A DNA stretch of 64,000 nt from Candidatus Thermosaccharophagus tengchongensis (lineage in GTDB: Bacteria; Armatimonadota; Fervidibacteria; Fervidibacterales; Thermosaccharophagaceae), in the NCBI GenBank assembly GCA_032161105.1, contig JAVHTD010000004.1; one strand, written 5' to 3'. Positions 61,175-64,000 of the stretch are shown in pieces. Position 1 is the first letter of the stretch. Each line of letters begins with the position of its first letter. The position numbers and the translations under genes are program-made. The notes beneath the pieces were generated by a model. It was not told the origin of the DNA. It did not search any database and was given only the letters and a program-made list of their open reading frames with translations.

Positions 61175-62557
61175 ATGGCTCGCGGCGTTGGAGAGCTGCG
61201 TCTTTCGCAATTCCGTGAGGAGTGCAAGCTCGTTGAAAGGATACTTGCAAACTGCGAGGCTGTTGACAAATCGTTCGGCATACCTACGGAGGAATTCCTT
61301 GAGAGGCAGCGCAAAGTCTACGAGGCGTTAAGGGGCATCGGATTAGAAGTTGGGTTTGTATTCTCCGATGAGCACTACGATGGTGATGTCCCATACCTTG
61401 GCGGGAACACGAATGTCCATGTTGAGCAAGTCGCCGGGGTGATAGGCAAGACTGGCTTCCACATAATCGCTGGGCTTGAAGGCGGCTATGTCGCAGAGCA
61501 ACTGGCATGGAGAGCAAAGGCACATGTGCATAAGGTTGAGATGCTCAAGCTCGCCGATGAGGAATACCCAATCAAAGCTGAAAGGCTCGAGGATGTCATT
61601 GAAGCGGCAGCTGGCGGAAAGGTAAACGCCATCGGATTACTGACGCCGAGGCAGGTCATCCCGGCATCTCTCGTTGAGTATCTTGAGGGATTGTTTGGTA
61701 AGGATGGCGTCATTGACTGCCAGCACATTTACCAGCGCATCAAGTATGAGAAGTCGGACAATGAAATGCGCCTCATAAGCGATGCGTGCAAGATAGCAGA
61801 TGCGGCGATGAGAGCCATGCTCGCCGTGCTCAAGCCGGGAATGACGGAAACACAAGTTGCAGCGTGGGGCTACTTCGTTGCAAGGGAGCTCGGAGCTGAA
61901 GAGATGGGCTGGGACATCATACTTGGCGCCGGCGAAAACAATCGCACGCTAATTGGGAAAGCACTCAACAGGGTTATCGGTGACGGCGAGTGGGTGCATA
62001 TTGGCGTTGCTCCAAAGCGTGATGGATTGAATGCGTGCATTCGGCGCTCTGTGATCGCCGGGCGAAAGCCAAATGAACTCACCCCTGACCAGCGCTATTG
62101 GTTTGATTTCATTGAGGAGGCATACGATGTCGGCTATAAGGCGCTCGTTGAGGTTGCGGAAAAGAACTTGCCAGCTTACTTGCAGGAGAAAGCGCTCGTT
62201 GACTACTTCGCATCAAAGTCGGAGGAGGTTTCAAGGCGCATCGGAAAGCAAGTTGACCTTACGATGCTAAAGCCATACACTGGCACACACAACGCCGGCT
62301 ATACGGAGTGCCAAGAGTTCTATGGTGCAATAACACTTAACTCAACCGAACCTTTGGGGAATCAAATCGTCATAATGCTTGATGTTGCATTGCGCGGCAT
62401 AGGTGACAGGTGGGATGAGGTCATCATTCCCGACCTTGATTACATCGTCATTGAGAACACCTGTGGCAAATATGGTCCGAGGGTTGAGGAGCTGAATAAG
62501 CTGCCGCGCAATGTCCAACACATGGTCGGAAATGTTGATGAGCTTGCTACGGCGTAG
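61175..62557 (+). CDS. M24 (creatinase/Xaa-Pro aminopeptidase) fold protein, atypical active site
   Basis: KSDNEMRLI, LKPGMTETQV, THNAG, IENT. Confidence 0.8.
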   Translation: MARGVGELRLSQFREECKLVERILANCEAVDKSFGIPTEEFLERQRKVYEALRGIGLEVGFVFSDEHYDGDVPYLGGNTNVHVEQVAGVIGKTGFHIIAGLEGGYVAEQLAWRAKAHVHKVEMLKLADEEYPIKAERLEDVIEAAAGGKVNAIGLLTPRQVIPASLVEYLEGLFGKDGVIDCQHIYQRIKYEKSDNEMRLISDACKIADAAMRAMLAVLKPGMTETQVAAWGYFVARELGAEEMGWDIILGAGENNRTLIGKALNRVIGDGEWVHIGVAPKRDGLNACIRRSVIAGRKPNELTPDQRYWFDFIEEAYDVGYKALVEVAEKNLPAYLQEKALVDYFASKSEEVSRRIGKQVDLTMLKPYTGTHNAGYTECQEFYGAITLNSTEPLGNQIVIMLDVALRGIGDRWDEVIIPDLDYIVIENTCGKYGPRVEELNKLPRNVQHMVGNVDELATA

Positions 62558-62723
62558 CTATAGCGCAATGGAGCGATATAATGCGCACTTGGACTGCAGC
62601 AAATCAAAGGGCAAAGGAGGTGAGCACCATAAAGCGAAGTGGGAGGTGATAATGCGCCACTCACATTGACTGGATGAAAGGCTGCCGTATATCAAACCTA
62701 ATGAGCTTAAGGGGGGATATAGG

Positions 62724-63359
62724 ATGTGCAGTGAGAAGACGCGCACAGGACGATGCGGCTTTACCCTGATAGAGCTGCTGGTGGTGATCGCGATAATCGC
62801 GATTCTGGCAGCGATATTGTTCCCCGTGTTTGCGAGGGCAAGGGAAAAGGCAAAACAAACCTCATGCGCTTCTAACTTGAAACAGGTTGGCACATCAATG
62901 TTAATGTATGTTCAAGACTACGATGAACGCTTTCCCCTTGATGACGGTGGAACGGATGATTGCACTGACCGAGCATATCCATGGGCATGGTATAATGCTA
63001 TCATGCCTTACATGAAAAATGACCAGTTGCTTCTCTGTCCCGCTGTCTCAGCAGGTATATTTTGCAACATTCTCCCCGCTACCGACTACTCCGCTAACAA
63101 CGCTATCCTCAACAACATAATTTCAAGGATAAATTACCCAGGGCAAACAATAATGCTCCTTGAACGGCAAAGGGATAAGAACAATGTGACGGAGGGATGG
63201 GGCGACTTCTCATGGCGTATAAACAACGAACGCTCCACCTTAGAGCGCCACTTTGGTGCCATAAACTATGTCATGGTTGATGGTCATGTCAAATTGCTTA
63301 ACTGGCGTCTAATTGGGCAAGACGCAACTTCGGGCAAAACTGCGTGGTTTAATCCGTAA
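62724..63359 (+). CDS. Prepilin-type N-terminal cleavage/methylation protein, DUF1559 / H-X9-DG
   Basis: [52 protein letters not shown]. Confidence 0.95.
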   Translation: MCSEKTRTGRCGFTLIELLVVIAIIAILAAILFPVFARAREKAKQTSCASNLKQVGTSMLMYVQDYDERFPLDDGGTDDCTDRAYPWAWYNAIMPYMKNDQLLLCPAVSAGIFCNILPATDYSANNAILNNIISRINYPGQTIMLLERQRDKNNVTEGWGDFSWRINNERSTLERHFGAINYVMVDGHVKLLNWRLIGQDATSGKTAWFNP

Positions 63360-63433
63360 GGAATGGCTGGTGAAAAAATGGGCAGGCAACGGGATGGCTT
63401 TACTTTGATAGAGCTGCTGGTGGTGATCGCGAT
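62767..63433 (+). repeat. Identical 28-nt block shared by the two prepilin genes (62767-62794 and 63406-63433)
   Basis: TGATAGAGCTGCTGGTGGTGATCGCGAT in both genes. Confidence 0.9.
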
Positions 63434-64000
63434 CATAGCCATTCTGGCGGCGATACTGTTTCCGGTGTTTGCGAAGGCTCGTGAGTCGGCAAGAAAAGCC
63501 TCATGCGCAAACAACTTGAAACAGCTCGCCTCAGCAATGCTGCAGTATGTCCAAGACTACGATGAGCGCTTCCCAGGTCGTGATGTCGGCGGTCTCCACT
63601 GGCGCACGCTAATTCTGCCTTACATCAAGAATGTCCAAGTCTTCAAGTGCCCATCAAACCCGTCCACTACAAACGACCCTCAGGGCATAGTTGCTAACTA
63701 CGCCATCAACAATGCCGGAAACCAATTCCCATCAGGAGGCTCGCGCCCAATATCCGACTTCCAAGACCCGGCAAGGGTTATCCTCTTTTGCGAGTTGAGG
63801 AATCAGGGTTGGAACGATTATGCCTCAAACTGGTGGACAGGCGTCCCGGGTAACTGGGTTAACGGATATGCTGGGCACAACTCCACTTGGAACTTGGCGT
63901 TCATTGATGGGCATGTTAAGTCACTGCGTCCAACTCAGACTGCCGATCCAATAAACATGTGGCCTGGTTGGACGAGCAATCCGAACATAGCTGTTTCAAA
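63363..64000 (+). CDS. Second prepilin-type DUF1559 / H-X9-DG protein, runs off the window
   Basis: Not in ORF track. My translation gives [14 protein letters not shown]..., [27 protein letters not shown]; start at 63363 or 63378. Confidence 0.93.
   Translation, partial: MAGEKMGRQRDGFTLIELLVVIAIIAILAAILFPVFAKARESARKASCANNLKQLASAMLQYVQDYDERFPGRDVGGLHWRTLILPYIKNVQVFKCPSNPSTTNDPQGIVANYAINNAGNQFPSGGSRPISDFQDPARVILFCELRNQGWNDYASNWWTGVPGNWVNGYAGHNSTWNLAFIDGHVKSLRPTQTADPINMWPGWTSNPNIAVS

Noticed and set aside
1..64000. CRISPR arrays, transposases, prophage, rRNA, defence systems
   Set aside because: No regularly spaced repeats or diagnostic proteins seen

Overview
A gene-dense bacterial chromosomal segment, mostly housekeeping, with no mobile elements, rRNA or CRISPR array. 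Gene content suggests Armatimonadota (Fervidibacter-like), based on the prepilin/DUF1559 H-X9-DG genes and Tat-exported sugar enzymes; this is inference. The window holds a radC-mreBCD operon that continues into a PASTA kinase-like gene, an ECF sigma factor, a ZAS anti-sigma, a SPOR protein and a YprB-like nuclease missing from the ORF track. It also holds cysS, trpE, dtd, split transketolase, tRNA-Ala(CGC), comEA/comEC, leuS, cmk, aroA, rsmB, pyk, many sugar catabolic genes, a cytoplasmic GAF two-component pair and two tandem prepilin-like genes. The best candidate for an undescribed system is the elongasome-linked envelope-signalling module (apparent PASTA pseudokinase + ECF sigma + ZAS/STN anti-sigma + SPOR), with matching ECF promoter motifs before the anti-sigma and before a Spy/CpxP-like gene. 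Other leads are an exported DUF6807 + TIM-barrel + Gfo/Idh/MocA trio resembling eliminative glycoside cleavage, and a PIG-L deacetylase paired with an M24-fold enzyme lacking metal ligands. All domain calls come from motif recognition by eye; no database search was run. Several start codons were moved from the ORF track using Shine-Dalgarno (SD) motifs and family-typical N-termini.
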